Under the pieces are notes generated by a model. It saw nothing but the letters and a program-made list of their open reading frames with translations, was not told where the DNA came from and searched no databases. The position numbers and the translations under genes were made by a program. DNA of 64,000 nt from an uncultured candidate division Zixibacteria bacterium. GTDB lineage: Bacteria; Zixibacteria; MSB-5A5; UBA10806; 4484-95. The stretch is taken from positions 736,001 through 800,000 of the forward strand of contig CAXXKA010000006.1 of assembly GCA_963668625.2 (NCBI GenBank). The letters are read 5' to 3'. Below are positions 49,344 through 60,500 of the stretch, one piece after another. Position 1 is the stretch's first letter. Each line of letters begins with the position of its first letter.

Positions 49344-52300
49344 GTGACAAATCTCAGAGTTGGGCAGTATGTAAAAGTAAGAGAACGACCGGCTGTTATA
49401 ACAGACATTAAATCAACGCATGAACAAAACAACCCCGAAAAGATCATTAATATTAAATATATTGACGGTAATCTTTATCCGTCAGATGAGTGGATACACT
49501 GGCAATCAGAATTCAGCAAACTGGAAATCTCCAAATTAAACCTCCCTAATATTTCCGAAATAAGTTCGATGCCTGACTCATTAATTAATTATAAATGCTT
49601 GATTAATTCAATTAAGTGGAATTGCCATAATAAACTTACCCGAAACAGGCTTGATGATGAGGATACAGTCTCACTTATATCGCCATGGCATAATGCTATT
49701 CAGATAGAGGATTATCAATTATACCCTGTGCTAAAAGCATTATTAATGCCTAGAGTATCGCTCTTATTAGCCGATGATGTTGGTCTTGGTAAAACGATTG
49801 AAGCCGGTCTCATTCTTTCTGAGTTAATCTCTCGAAAAAAAGTACAAAGAGTGATGGTGGTATGCCCCGCTTCGTTACAACATCAATGGCAGGATGAGCT
49901 ATTAGAGAAGTTTAATCTGGATTTTACGATTATAGATCGTGAACAGGTCTCTAGAACTCGGATGTCTTATGGAGTTGACTCTAATCCCTGGACGATGTAT
50001 CCACGAATAATCACATCTATGGATTATCTACGTCAACCGGATGTGCTGGAGTCTTTCAGGGCAACCGCTAAATCCTTGTGGCAGAGCGCGAAATTCCCGC
50101 TTCAAATGTTAATTGTCGATGAAGCGCATAATCTTTCACCGAGTGTAATGCACGATGATAGTGATAGATGTAAAATGCTTAAATCAATCTCTCGATTCTT
50201 CGAACACAGATTGTTTTTGTCAGCCACTCCTCATAACGGTTATACAGTCACATTCTCCGGATTACTTTCAATCCTCGATCCTATAAGAATACATCAAACA
50301 CCTACTCTTAACGAGGCCGATAAGCGCCAATTAAGCGTATTGATGGTTCGCCGTCTGAAATCTGAGATTGTAAACAGCCAAGGAGTTTCGCGATTTGTTG
50401 AACGGGTAGTCGAAAGTATCCCAATTAACCTCAAGGTGCATAATCAAGAAGGATTATTGTATAGTTTATTAAGGCAATATAGAAAAGCTATTCAGCAAAC
50501 CTCGAATAATTTTAACCGCAAAGAGCGGATAATTTGCGAATTTATTATTACGTTGCTCACTAAAAGACTGCTTTCATCTACGTATGCATTTGCCAAAACG
50601 TGGTGGCAATATATAGAGAACTACGAGCTGGAAGCAAGCTCCCTGGATACTGTTGTAAACTCTATAGGCAAAGCCGAGACAGATAGTGCTGATGATAATG
50701 TGAAAAAGCAGCGTGAAGAGGATGCTGCCAGGCAGTCAGCCTCATGGCTGGGTACTCATTCGAATAAGTCCTTAGAAGTAGTCCAAGAGATTGGTGACAG
50801 GCTTTGTTCGATGGGCTGGACTAACGATACAATTCAGAATGATGATACCCTTACCAGTAACAACCAGCAGGATGCTAAGCTGGAGGAATTAGTCAAATGG
50901 ATTAGCCATAATCTCCTGGCAGAGGGCAAGTTCAGGAAGGATGAAAGGCTTCTTGTATTCACAGAATATAAAGACACACTGGATTATCTGGTCTCCTCGC
51001 TCAGGGAAAATGGCTTTGACTATCCCCAAGTTGAGAGTCTATATGGTGGTATTGACTCGTCGACCAGGATTACTTTAAAGAATTCATTTAATGATCCAGC
51101 AAGCCCTCTACGGATATTAGTGGCTACGGATGCTGCTGCCGAGGGATTGAATCTGCATATTAACTGCCGCTATGTTATCCACTATGATATTCCCTGGAAC
51201 CCTATGCGTCTCGAACAGAGGAATGGACGAGTTGATCGTCATGGACAGGTCAGGGATGTTTCGATATTTCATTTTAACTCCGATGATGATGAAGATCACA
51301 AATTCCTCAGCCTCGTTATTAGAAAAGTGAATCAGGCGAGGGAAGATCTGGGTAGTCTTGGGCAGGTCATTAATCAAAGTGTTTTAGAGCATTTTAATTA
51401 CAGTGAACTCAGCCGTGACGAATTCGAAAGCAGGCTGATATCTGTTGAGAATGAAAATACTGTTGATGAGGATGCCGGGCATAGGGATCGTGGCTCTTCA
51501 GAAAATTACCAGAAAACAATGGCTATGCTTAAGGAAACCGAGGCGCGATTAGGTCTAACTCCAAATGCTATGGCTATGCTGTTACAACAGGCAGTAGAAT
51601 ACGAAGGCGGCCAATTAATAGAAACTGAGGAAAGAGGCGTATACAAATTCTATACTATACCTCCCGGATGGAAAAATCTCATTCAAAGAAGCCTGGCAAT
51701 TAAAAAAGGCACACAGCTAAATTCAATACCAAAGTTGGTATTTGATCCATCATATTTTGAAACTGATTATAATGAAAGAATATTATTCAGGATAAAGCCG
51801 GATACCGCGTTAATTAGGCTCGGTCACCCGATTATGCAGAGAGCTGTAAGCGTATTTCAACGTAAACTTTGGGAGGGCAATACCGGTAGCGGCAACAGCC
51901 ATTATGTTTCGCGATGGACTATTACAAGGATTAATACAAACCTGAAATGTGAAGGAATTATCATCGTATATTGTCTGCTAGAGGTCACTAACGAACTCAG
52001 CGAAACTGTTCATCAGGAGTTCGTGGAACTCCCTTATAACTTGGATAATAATGATATAAATGAAATCAATAATACTGACTGGGAAAAAATTAAGTTAGAT
52101 TCACGATCCGAACTCCACGCTGATATACTGAACGATATAGGCGCCGGCTTTAAGCGAAACTGGATAAGCGTGGAACCAGCTATTCGTCAGAATCTTGAAA
52201 ACAGGAAAAAAGAATTAGTCTCTTCATTCTCAGGGATATTTAAAGAGCGCCTTGCCAACGAATTGAAATTAACTAAAAGCGAATACGAACATCGGATTAA

Positions 52301-52592
52301 GGAATTGGAAAAGCAGGATGAGCGATATTTCGAGATAGTTAAGAAAAAGCACGATACCCAGGTGGCGAAATTCAAGCAAACTGAGATGTGGATTGAGGAT
52401 AAGCTCGAAAAAGAGAAAGCCCTGCGCGAGTTGGAGTGGGAGGCTTTTAACAGGGAGAATAGGCAGCTTATCGATTTGCTAAATGAAGAAAAAGAGTTCA
52501 TGCTAAGTCAGACCATTCCCAATCGTTATACCATGAATAATCTCGAGCTATTGCCCATAGCGGTCGAGTTCGTTGTGGGGGATGATAAATAG
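49344..52592 (+). CDS. drmD: DISARM DrmD-like SNF2 helicase/ATPase
   Basis: IEDYQL.PV..AL.MPRVSLLLADDVGLGKTIEAG, DEAH, LSATPHNG, ATDAAAEGLNL and PWNPMRLEQRNGRVDRHGQ. Confidence 0.85.
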   Translation: MTNLRVGQYVKVRERPAVITDIKSTHEQNNPEKIINIKYIDGNLYPSDEWIHWQSEFSKLEISKLNLPNISEISSMPDSLINYKCLINSIKWNCHNKLTRNRLDDEDTVSLISPWHNAIQIEDYQLYPVLKALLMPRVSLLLADDVGLGKTIEAGLILSELISRKKVQRVMVVCPASLQHQWQDELLEKFNLDFTIIDREQVSRTRMSYGVDSNPWTMYPRIITSMDYLRQPDVLESFRATAKSLWQSAKFPLQMLIVDEAHNLSPSVMHDDSDRCKMLKSISRFFEHRLFLSATPHNGYTVTFSGLLSILDPIRIHQTPTLNEADKRQLSVLMVRRLKSEIVNSQGVSRFVERVVESIPINLKVHNQEGLLYSLLRQYRKAIQQTSNNFNRKERIICEFIITLLTKRLLSSTYAFAKTWWQYIENYELEASSLDTVVNSIGKAETDSADDNVKKQREEDAARQSASWLGTHSNKSLEVVQEIGDRLCSMGWTNDTIQNDDTLTSNNQQDAKLEELVKWISHNLLAEGKFRKDERLLVFTEYKDTLDYLVSSLRENGFDYPQVESLYGGIDSSTRITLKNSFNDPASPLRILVATDAAAEGLNLHINCRYVIHYDIPWNPMRLEQRNGRVDRHGQVRDVSIFHFNSDDDEDHKFLSLVIRKVNQAREDLGSLGQVINQSVLEHFNYSELSRDEFESRLISVENENTVDEDAGHRDRGSSENYQKTMAMLKETEARLGLTPNAMAMLLQQAVEYEGGQLIETEERGVYKFYTIPPGWKNLIQRSLAIKKGTQLNSIPKLVFDPSYFETDYNERILFRIKPDTALIRLGHPIMQRAVSVFQRKLWEGNTGSGNSHYVSRWTITRINTNLKCEGIIIVYCLLEVTNELSETVHQEFVELPYNLDNNDINEINNTDWEKIKLDSRSELHADILNDIGAGFKRNWISVEPAIRQNLENRKKELVSSFSGIFKERLANELKLTKSEYEHRIKELEKQDERYFEIVKKKHDTQVAKFKQTEMWIEDKLEKEKALRELEWEAFNRENRQLIDLLNEEKEFMLSQTIPNRYTMNNLELLPIAVEFVVGDDK

Positions 52593-55500
52593 AATGGCCC
52601 CCAACCAGCAAATAGATCATGATTGGTGGAATGATCTTCGCCACAACGGAGTACTGATATCCGCGCAGGTTCTGGGTGAATATTTCACTGAGTTGATGAT
52701 TCCCGATCCTTGGCGTTATCGTGCCTTAAGAGACTCATATAACACATTCGATACCTGGCTTAAAACCGGTAATATATCGGGAGGCCAAAAAGATGCTCTA
52801 TATAAATGGTGCGATATCGTCTTTGAGAATTTACTTGGCTATAAATCTGAGCGCTTCCTTAAAGGCAATAACATCCCCGCCAGCTACTCTCATACCGCGA
52901 TGACCGGGGATAATCTAAAACCTAATAGAATATTGTTCGACAGCGCTACGCGTGAAACTCCTTTATGCGCTATAAGCATAGAACCACCGGTAAAAGGCAG
53001 GCAGGGCTATCGCATGCTGGGTGTCGGAAAAGGGCGAACCTCCTATAGCAAGCTGCTAGAATATCTCAGGCTATCCAATATCAAGCTTGGCATATTGACC
53101 AACGGCATTCAAATCAGGCTGGTTTACGCCTCCGCCGATCATGAAACGTGGGTCGAGTGGGACGTTCGGTCGTGGTTCGAGGATGAGCAACTCAGACAGC
53201 AATTGCATGGCTTTCTCACTTTATTAAGCGAATACGGTACACAATCCCGAGATGGCGCAACTTTTCCACTTCTGCAGGCTATTGAAACCTCGCGCTCGAA
53301 GCAGGCCGAGCTTGCCTCAGTGATGGGAACGCAGATACGTTCGGCGGTTGAGCTTATTATCGATCATCTCAACATTGCTAAACAAAAACAACCGGATATT
53401 CTGAAAAATGTCTTTAATAATGGTAATAACGGGATGGCCTCCAGCAAGCAGGTTCGGGATGCCCTCTATCAGGCGGCCTCCAGGATTATCATGCGCGTTG
53501 TCGTGGTGTTGTTTGCCGAGGCGAAAGACCTGTTATCACGTTCACAGTTGATATACGAGCAGAGCTACGGCGTGGAGGGATTGTTCGAGCAATTGCGAAA
53601 AGCCAGGCAATTCGACGGCCCCGAGTCTCTGGAGGACAGGTACTACGCCTGGAATCGGCTGCTGGCCTTGTTCAAGCTCATCCATGATGGCTGTTCTTAT
53701 GCCGATCTCAATATTCAGCAGTACGGTGGTATATTATTCCGTCCCGGCGATTCATCCAGTGATGATATCGTTTTGCGGGCTATGTCGGTTTTTGAGGAAA
53801 ACCGTTTCCGTATTCCTGATAGTATTATACTGAGAATTCTCGAACGGCTTAAGATAGGGCGTATTAAAGTCAAGCAGGGGCGATCCTCCCGGATGGTGCA
53901 GGGGATGGTTGACTTCTCCGATCTCCGTACAGAGTTCATCGGAATCATGTATGAGGGCTTGCTCGATTTCGAGCTTCATGCCACTCCACAGCCGATGGTT
54001 GTCCTTAATCTCGGCAAAGAGCCCGTGTTGCCTCTCGATTTATTGGAAGCTAAATCCGACAAGGAGCTAAAAGACCTGATCTCCAAGCTCGGCAAGGAGG
54101 ATAAAGATAAATCCGAAAGCGGTGAGGATTCCGAGGATGAGGAAAGCGATGATGAATCCCTTCCCGATGAAGCAGAAGAGGAGACCGAGGAGATAGACGA
54201 TACCGTAGATGATCAAACCGATCAGGAGTACTCCGAGGTCGACAGGCGGAAGATGCAGGCTGTTGACTGGGCGAAACGTGCCGCCGAGGCCGCGGGAATG
54301 ATCAAGCAAAAACGCGGCGAGGATGACTACTACTATCAGAAGCGCCTCGATAAAGCCGCCGACAGGTTGATCGTCAAGGTAATCGATAAGGACGAGTTCT
54401 ACCTGGCTCGCTGGGGCGGCACTCGTAAGGGTACGGGGACGTTTTACACCAAACCCGGGCTGGCAGTGCCCACAGCTCGCCGTACGCTCGAGCCGTTATT
54501 GTTCGATACCGTTGACGGTAAGCAGATACCTAAAACACCCGAGGACATTCTGGCGTTGAAGGTTTGTGATCCATCCTGCGGGTCGGCATCGTTTTTGGTG
54601 GCGGCGCTGCATTATATCACCGAGGCGTTGTATAAATCGCTTATTTATCATAGAAAGATAAACGTCGAATCGCCTGTCACACCGGTATTGCCGTTTGGTA
54701 CTTCCTCGGAGGGCAAGCTCAAGGAGGATCTGCTGCCGGTTTCGCCCTCCGATGAGCGTTTCGAGGATATGGTGAGAAGCCGCCTCAGACGTCACGTGGT
54801 GGAACGCTGCATATACGGCGTGGATCTCAACCCGATGGCGGTGGAGCTGGCGCGACTGTCGCTGTGGATCGAGACGATGGACTCACGTCTGCCTTTCGGT
54901 TTTCTCGATCACAAGATCAAGGTCGGCAACTCGCTCGTGGGATGCTGGTTCGATACGTTCGGTGATTATCCGCTGGCCGCCTGGCTGCGCGAGGGCGGTA
55001 ACAAGGATGATACCGAGAAGATTACGGATCAGTTGAAGGGTGAGAGAGCCGGCAAGGGAGGTAAAGGCCGTCGACCGGGGCAGGGGATAGTGCTCGAACA
55101 GATGAAGCGCATAATTCTCCGTAAGGCCGGCGTGATGCCGCTGGGATTCCACGAGCAGGGAGTTACCCCCGATAGCGTGCATGATGACGCCCTGAAAAAG
55201 CTGCAGGAGATTCACGATATCACTATCGGAAATCCCGAAAAGCGCGAGCGCAAGTACAAAGAGGAGTTTCTCGGTAATGAGATATATCACCGCTTGAAAC
55301 AGTCTTTCGATGCCTGGTGTGCCGCCTGGTTCTGGCCTGTCGATAAATTCGATGAGGCGCTGCCCTCGCCCGATGAGATATTCGATCCCGGTGAGAGAAC
55401 GATTGCGATGGTAAACGAGCTGGCCGATAGATATAAATTCTTCCACTGGGAGCTGGAGTTCCCCGATGTCTTCATCACCGCCGATTCCGGTTTCGATGTT

Positions 55501-57501
55501 ATAGTCGGTAATCCGCCATGGGAGATAAGTAAGCCCAACTCGAAAGAGTTCTTCTCCAATTACGACCCGGTTTATCGCACCTACGGCAAGCAGGAGGCCG
55601 TTAAGAAACAAGAATCCATGATGGAGCAGAATCCCAATATCGAAAGAGAGTGGCGTAACTACACCGCGTTTTTCAAAGCTATGAGCAATTGGAATAAACA
55701 CGCCGCCTTCCCATTCGGATACTACGACTACGAGGATAAAAGCTCGCGAATCACATTCAGCCGCAGCCGAGGTGAAAATACCGCCCTGCACGATGATTGG
55801 AAACGTAACCGGGCCAGGCAAAAACACTATGCCGATAGAAGACACCCTTACCGTTACCAGGGAGCCGCTGATATTAACCTGTATAAGATGTTCCTGGAAT
55901 CCTCTTACGCGCTTTTAAAACATGAGGGGCGTCTGGGTATGATCGTCCCCTCCGGGATTTACACCGATAACGGTACTCGTGAACTGCGTGAGCTGTTTAT
56001 CGAGAACTCGAAATGGGAATGGTTGTTTTCATTTGAGAATAGGAAAAAGTTGTTTGATATTGATAGCAGATTCAAATTCTGTCCGGTTATAATTAAAAAA
56101 GGCTTTACTACCGATGCTATCAATACCGCTTTCATGCGTCACGACCTTAAAGACTGGGAGGAGAACGCGATTAACCTGGCGACTCCGTATGATAAATCGC
56201 AGATCACCATTTTCAGCCCTAAAAGCAAAGCCCTGCTCGAGCTTCGCTCCAAACGCGATATCGAGATTATCGAGAAAATATACGCCAACTCGGTACTGCT
56301 GGGGGATGACTCAGAGGACGGCTGGCAGATTAAGTATTCTCGTGAATTTGACATGACCAACGATTCCAAACTGTTCCATCCCAGGCCGTGGTGGGAGCAG
56401 CGTGGCTATAGGCCGGATGCTTATGGGCGCTGGGTTAATCCCGATGGTGAGATAGCGCTGCCGCTTTATGAGGGCAGGATGATAGGGCAGTTCGATTTCA
56501 GCGAGAAAGGCTGGGTAAGCGGAAAAGGCCGTTCGGCTGTTTGGCGTGATATCGGCTGGGATGATAAGGTTATTGAACCGCAGTATTTGATGGATAGATC
56601 ATTGTACTTAGAGCGAGTTAATAGAAATATTAATATCAAACTTGGTTTAATGGATATAAGTTCTGCTACTAATCGAAGGACTATGATTTTAAGTACTTTG
56701 AGTAATTCTCCATGTGGTCATACCCTTGGCGTACTCAATAGCACAAATATGATTAATACTATTATACTAGGAGCTTTACTAAATTCCTTTATGTTTGATT
56801 ACTTATTAAGAGGACGGATGGGGGGATTGCATGTCAGCTATTATATATTAGAAGAATCAGCGTTAATAAGAAAAGATACTCTATCTAATAAAGTGATATA
56901 TGCCTTAACATTAAGTACATTGAGTTTGAATAATGTTGGTGGATATTTTTCTTATCTGTGGTTGCAGTTTATAAATAAAGGATTTCAAATTAAAAATAAT
57001 TACTGGCAATCACTCTGGGCGATAACACCCCACGAGCGATTACGCTTACGAGTTATTTTAGATGCTATAGTAGCCGAGCTTTACGGCCTCGATTATACTG
57101 ATCTCGAATGGATTCTGCGCAACGATCCCTCCGACCCCAAAGGTTTCTGGCGGGTGGATAAGGACAAGCCCGAGCACCTTCGCCAGACAACCTTGACTCT
57201 GCTGGCATTCAAGCATCTTAAGGAGGTGGGTCTGGAGCGGTTCATAAGCGAGGACTGGCAGTTCCCGGAGCATATCGCCAGGCAGCTCGGCCCGCGCTAT
57301 CTCGACTGGCAAAAGCCCAATGCCACCGAGGAGGAGATAAAGCAAAGCTGGCAGGAATGCGAAATGCACGCGAAAAACATCCTTGGCGAGGAGGAGTTCG
57401 AGAAGTTCAAGAGAAGGCTGGAGAGGGGCGAGGATGACATGGAAGAACAATCAAGAGAAAATTATGATGATAAACCAGGCCAGGGTCAACTGGGATTATA
57501 A
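52582..57501 (+). CDS. Large N6-adenine DNA methyltransferase (DrmMI / type IIG Eco57I-like)
   Basis: RKGTGTFYT, motif I DPSCGSASFL, IYGVDLNP.AVEL, motif IV GNPPW and FHWELEFP. It overlaps the drmD stop; the exact start is uncertain (52573, 52582 or 52594). Confidence 0.9.
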   Translation: MINRMAPNQQIDHDWWNDLRHNGVLISAQVLGEYFTELMIPDPWRYRALRDSYNTFDTWLKTGNISGGQKDALYKWCDIVFENLLGYKSERFLKGNNIPASYSHTAMTGDNLKPNRILFDSATRETPLCAISIEPPVKGRQGYRMLGVGKGRTSYSKLLEYLRLSNIKLGILTNGIQIRLVYASADHETWVEWDVRSWFEDEQLRQQLHGFLTLLSEYGTQSRDGATFPLLQAIETSRSKQAELASVMGTQIRSAVELIIDHLNIAKQKQPDILKNVFNNGNNGMASSKQVRDALYQAASRIIMRVVVVLFAEAKDLLSRSQLIYEQSYGVEGLFEQLRKARQFDGPESLEDRYYAWNRLLALFKLIHDGCSYADLNIQQYGGILFRPGDSSSDDIVLRAMSVFEENRFRIPDSIILRILERLKIGRIKVKQGRSSRMVQGMVDFSDLRTEFIGIMYEGLLDFELHATPQPMVVLNLGKEPVLPLDLLEAKSDKELKDLISKLGKEDKDKSESGEDSEDEESDDESLPDEAEEETEEIDDTVDDQTDQEYSEVDRRKMQAVDWAKRAAEAAGMIKQKRGEDDYYYQKRLDKAADRLIVKVIDKDEFYLARWGGTRKGTGTFYTKPGLAVPTARRTLEPLLFDTVDGKQIPKTPEDILALKVCDPSCGSASFLVAALHYITEALYKSLIYHRKINVESPVTPVLPFGTSSEGKLKEDLLPVSPSDERFEDMVRSRLRRHVVERCIYGVDLNPMAVELARLSLWIETMDSRLPFGFLDHKIKVGNSLVGCWFDTFGDYPLAAWLREGGNKDDTEKITDQLKGERAGKGGKGRRPGQGIVLEQMKRIILRKAGVMPLGFHEQGVTPDSVHDDALKKLQEIHDITIGNPEKRERKYKEEFLGNEIYHRLKQSFDAWCAAWFWPVDKFDEALPSPDEIFDPGERTIAMVNELADRYKFFHWELEFPDVFITADSGFDVIVGNPPWEISKPNSKEFFSNYDPVYRTYGKQEAVKKQESMMEQNPNIEREWRNYTAFFKAMSNWNKHAAFPFGYYDYEDKSSRITFSRSRGENTALHDDWKRNRARQKHYADRRHPYRYQGAADINLYKMFLESSYALLKHEGRLGMIVPSGIYTDNGTRELRELFIENSKWEWLFSFENRKKLFDIDSRFKFCPVIIKKGFTTDAINTAFMRHDLKDWEENAINLATPYDKSQITIFSPKSKALLELRSKRDIEIIEKIYANSVLLGDDSEDGWQIKYSREFDMTNDSKLFHPRPWWEQRGYRPDAYGRWVNPDGEIALPLYEGRMIGQFDFSEKGWVSGKGRSAVWRDIGWDDKVIEPQYLMDRSLYLERVNRNINIKLGLMDISSATNRRTMILSTLSNSPCGHTLGVLNSTNMINTIILGALLNSFMFDYLLRGRMGGLHVSYYILEESALIRKDTLSNKVIYALTLSTLSLNNVGGYFSYLWLQFINKGFQIKNNYWQSLWAITPHERLRLRVILDAIVAELYGLDYTDLEWILRNDPSDPKGFWRVDKDKPEHLRQTTLTLLAFKHLKEVGLERFISEDWQFPEHIARQLGPRYLDWQKPNATEEEIKQSWQECEMHAKNILGEEEFEKFKRRLERGEDDMEEQSRENYDDKPGQGQLGL

Positions 57502-57515
57502 GACGGAGAGTATCG

Positions 57516-60500
57516 ATGAGCGAGCATGGCATCAACCCGGTTAAATTCGCGTATCAGGTAAATCAGCAATTCATTAACTACCAATTAACCGCGTTCCCTC
57601 TAAGCGATAACGATCTTGCCGATCAAGCACGCGATATGCTTAAAGCGAAGATCGGCTCGCCGCTCATCAAGGGACCGTACGTATCGCTGAGCCGCTCGTT
57701 CCGTCTGGGGCGCAACCTTAACGATATAGCTCGCGCGGGGCTGGTACATGCAGCGCTGCCCGGTCTGACAGAACATCCGGGACTGTTTGCTCATCAGGAT
57801 AAAACGCTGGATGAAGTGATGCAGGGGAATCATTGCCTTATCACAACCGGCACGGGCTCGGGCAAAACCGAGGCGTTTTTATATCCCATACTAAACTACT
57901 GCCTCGAACTTCGCGATGCAGGCAAACCTGATGGCCTGGTTGCTATACTGGTCTATCCGATGAATGCCCTCGCCTATGACCAATTGGGCCGTCTGAGGAA
58001 GATGCTGGCCGGTTCGCAGATCAGTTTCGGTATGTACACCGGCACAACGCCTGCCAATGATGGAGCTGTCAGCGGTGATGTAGTGAGGATGAAGGAGGGA
58101 GAAGGCCAGGCTGATTTCGCGGGTTATGAGAGAAAATATAGAGGTCACGCCGGAGTGGTTATCTCACCCTCCGAAGAACGTCTGACCGAAGCCGAGATGG
58201 CCGCCAGACCTCCCCGTATCCTGCTAACCAACGTGAACCAGCTCGAGTACCTGATAACCCGTGGTAAAGACCTCGGCATGTTTATAGACGCGCCGCTACG
58301 ATTTCTGGTATTCGACGAGGCTCACACTTATAGAGGGGCCGTTGGCGCAGAGGTAGCTTGCTTGATAAGACGTATAAAAGCATTTTGCGGCAAAACCTCC
58401 GATGACGTGATCTGCATGGGAACCTCGGCAACTATCACCGACCCTGAATACGGTGCTGAAGCTGGGAAGAGATTCGCGCAACGGTTTTTCGGAATTAATC
58501 CCGATAAGGTTAAGCTGGTAGAGGAAGAGTACGAACGAGAGAATTTCCCTCTGGACAGGTATACGCCTGATATCCCAACTGATGACACGATTGCTATCCT
58601 CGATATGATCTTAGAGGCTGTGGACAAACGCGATGGAGTTTTAGTATCTGAGGGGTTGAAGAAGCTTACAGGTAAAGATATAGGGTTGAGCGAGAACTGG
58701 TCCGAGGAATTGTATGACCATCTCAAGCAGAATGAGATCATTCGCACGCTGTTCGATAAACTGCCAAAACCTGTAGAGCTTGATGAGGCCGTGCAGGTGG
58801 TGAATAACAATATCGGCAGGGGAGCGATACAGATCAGTGATCAGCTTACAGGCGAGTTGCTATGCTATCTCGTATTAGGGGCGGCTGCCGAGAAGAAAGC
58901 GAATCCTCTTATTCGTCCCAAGCTTCACTATTTTCTTCGAGGCCTGGAAGGGGCCGTAGTGACATTCGGCAATACTGACGGCAGTGATCCTGAGCACGCG
59001 ATGTTAAGCATGTCTCTAAGCGATGCTATGGAGAAGTATGGCGTAGATGAAAAGGCCTGTCCGCCAATATATGTCTGCAGAACATGTGGACAGCATTACT
59101 ACGAGGGGTATTACAGGAATTTCGAGCTGGATAGCGGTGAGCCATCGGGTGGAGATGCTGAGGAGGATAACGTTATCTGGGAAGCCGTTGATGAGCCCAC
59201 CGGCAACAGGGTCGTGTTTACCAACAGGTTTGTCGCGCCGGAGTTAGATGAGGGTGATAACGGAAACGCTTTCGATGATCAAAGGATATATTTCTGTCGC
59301 TGGTGCGGAACGCTTCACAAAAACGAGGGAAGCTGCGTCAATCCAAAGTGTAAACGTAAAGGCAGATCGGTACCGGTATATTTCATTCCGCTCAGGAACG
59401 GCAGGCACTTGAGTTCATGCATTAGCTGCAAGCAAAGAGGCCGTGTTTACGCAGGTCGATTCATAGAGCCGATTAAGCCTTTAAGAGCAATAACAGTGGC
59501 GGACGTTCATATCCTGGCGCAAAATATGCTTAATGCCGTATCAGGTCCCCATCGAAAGCTGATAGTGTTTTCGGATAATCGTCAGGACGCGGCGTTTCAA
59601 GCCGGCTGGATGCAGGACCACGCCAGGCGGTACCGTCTCCGCCACCTCGTGTATGAATATGTTAAAGGACAGGATGAGCCTTCATCCTTAAGTGATATCG
59701 TCGAGCATTTGTTGAATTTGTTTAAAGCCGATCATGATTTGGCCAAGATGTTGGCGCCTGAGGTATACTTGGGACGAGCTAGAGAAGCATATGGCAGAAC
59801 GCTGGATAACGAACTTAAGAAGTTTACGCGATACGCGATGATGCTCGAGTTTGGCTCTAATTTTAAAAAGATCGACTGTCTCGAATCGTGGGGGATTGTT
59901 AAGGTCGTTTATAAAGATGTTGATAAGGATAATGCCTGGATCAGGGAATGGGCAGAGACTCTAAAACTAACGCCCGAGGATCTGGCAAACGGTATCTGCG
60001 CGCTGTTGGATGTGTACAGAAGGACAAGGCTTTTCCACGATGAGCAAGCACCTATTTTCAGCAGATATTGGCGCGAGGGAGATGAGGAAATCCAGCGCGG
60101 TTACCTGCCATTTTTCACGAATACAGCAGGTAAGGCTCTTGGGCCGGTCGGGATTAAATATAATAGAGAGATTGATGATAATAGAACATGGTTACGGGAG
60201 TTTGCTGGTAGAAGCGGCCGCACATTAACGCAAGATTACGTAAAAAAGTGGCCTGTTGATGAAAACCAGCGCGAGGGTTTCTTGGAAGCTCTATGGGGAT
60301 TCCTGGCTGATACAGCAGGCGTGTTGCAATCAGTCGAGTTAAAAGGTAATAGAGGTAACGTTCTGCCGGGTACAGCAGGATCATATCAAGTATCGGCGCA
60401 GAAGATGGCAATCTCACCGGATGCTAAGAGATATCGATGCAGCTTATGTAAGCGAATACATACGAGGTATACCCCATCGGGCGTATGTACGGCTTACAGA

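Noticed and set aside
54883-55845. 320-aa minus-strand ORF inside the methyltransferase
   Set aside because: Antisense shadow of a GC3-rich coding region, with no recognisable domain.
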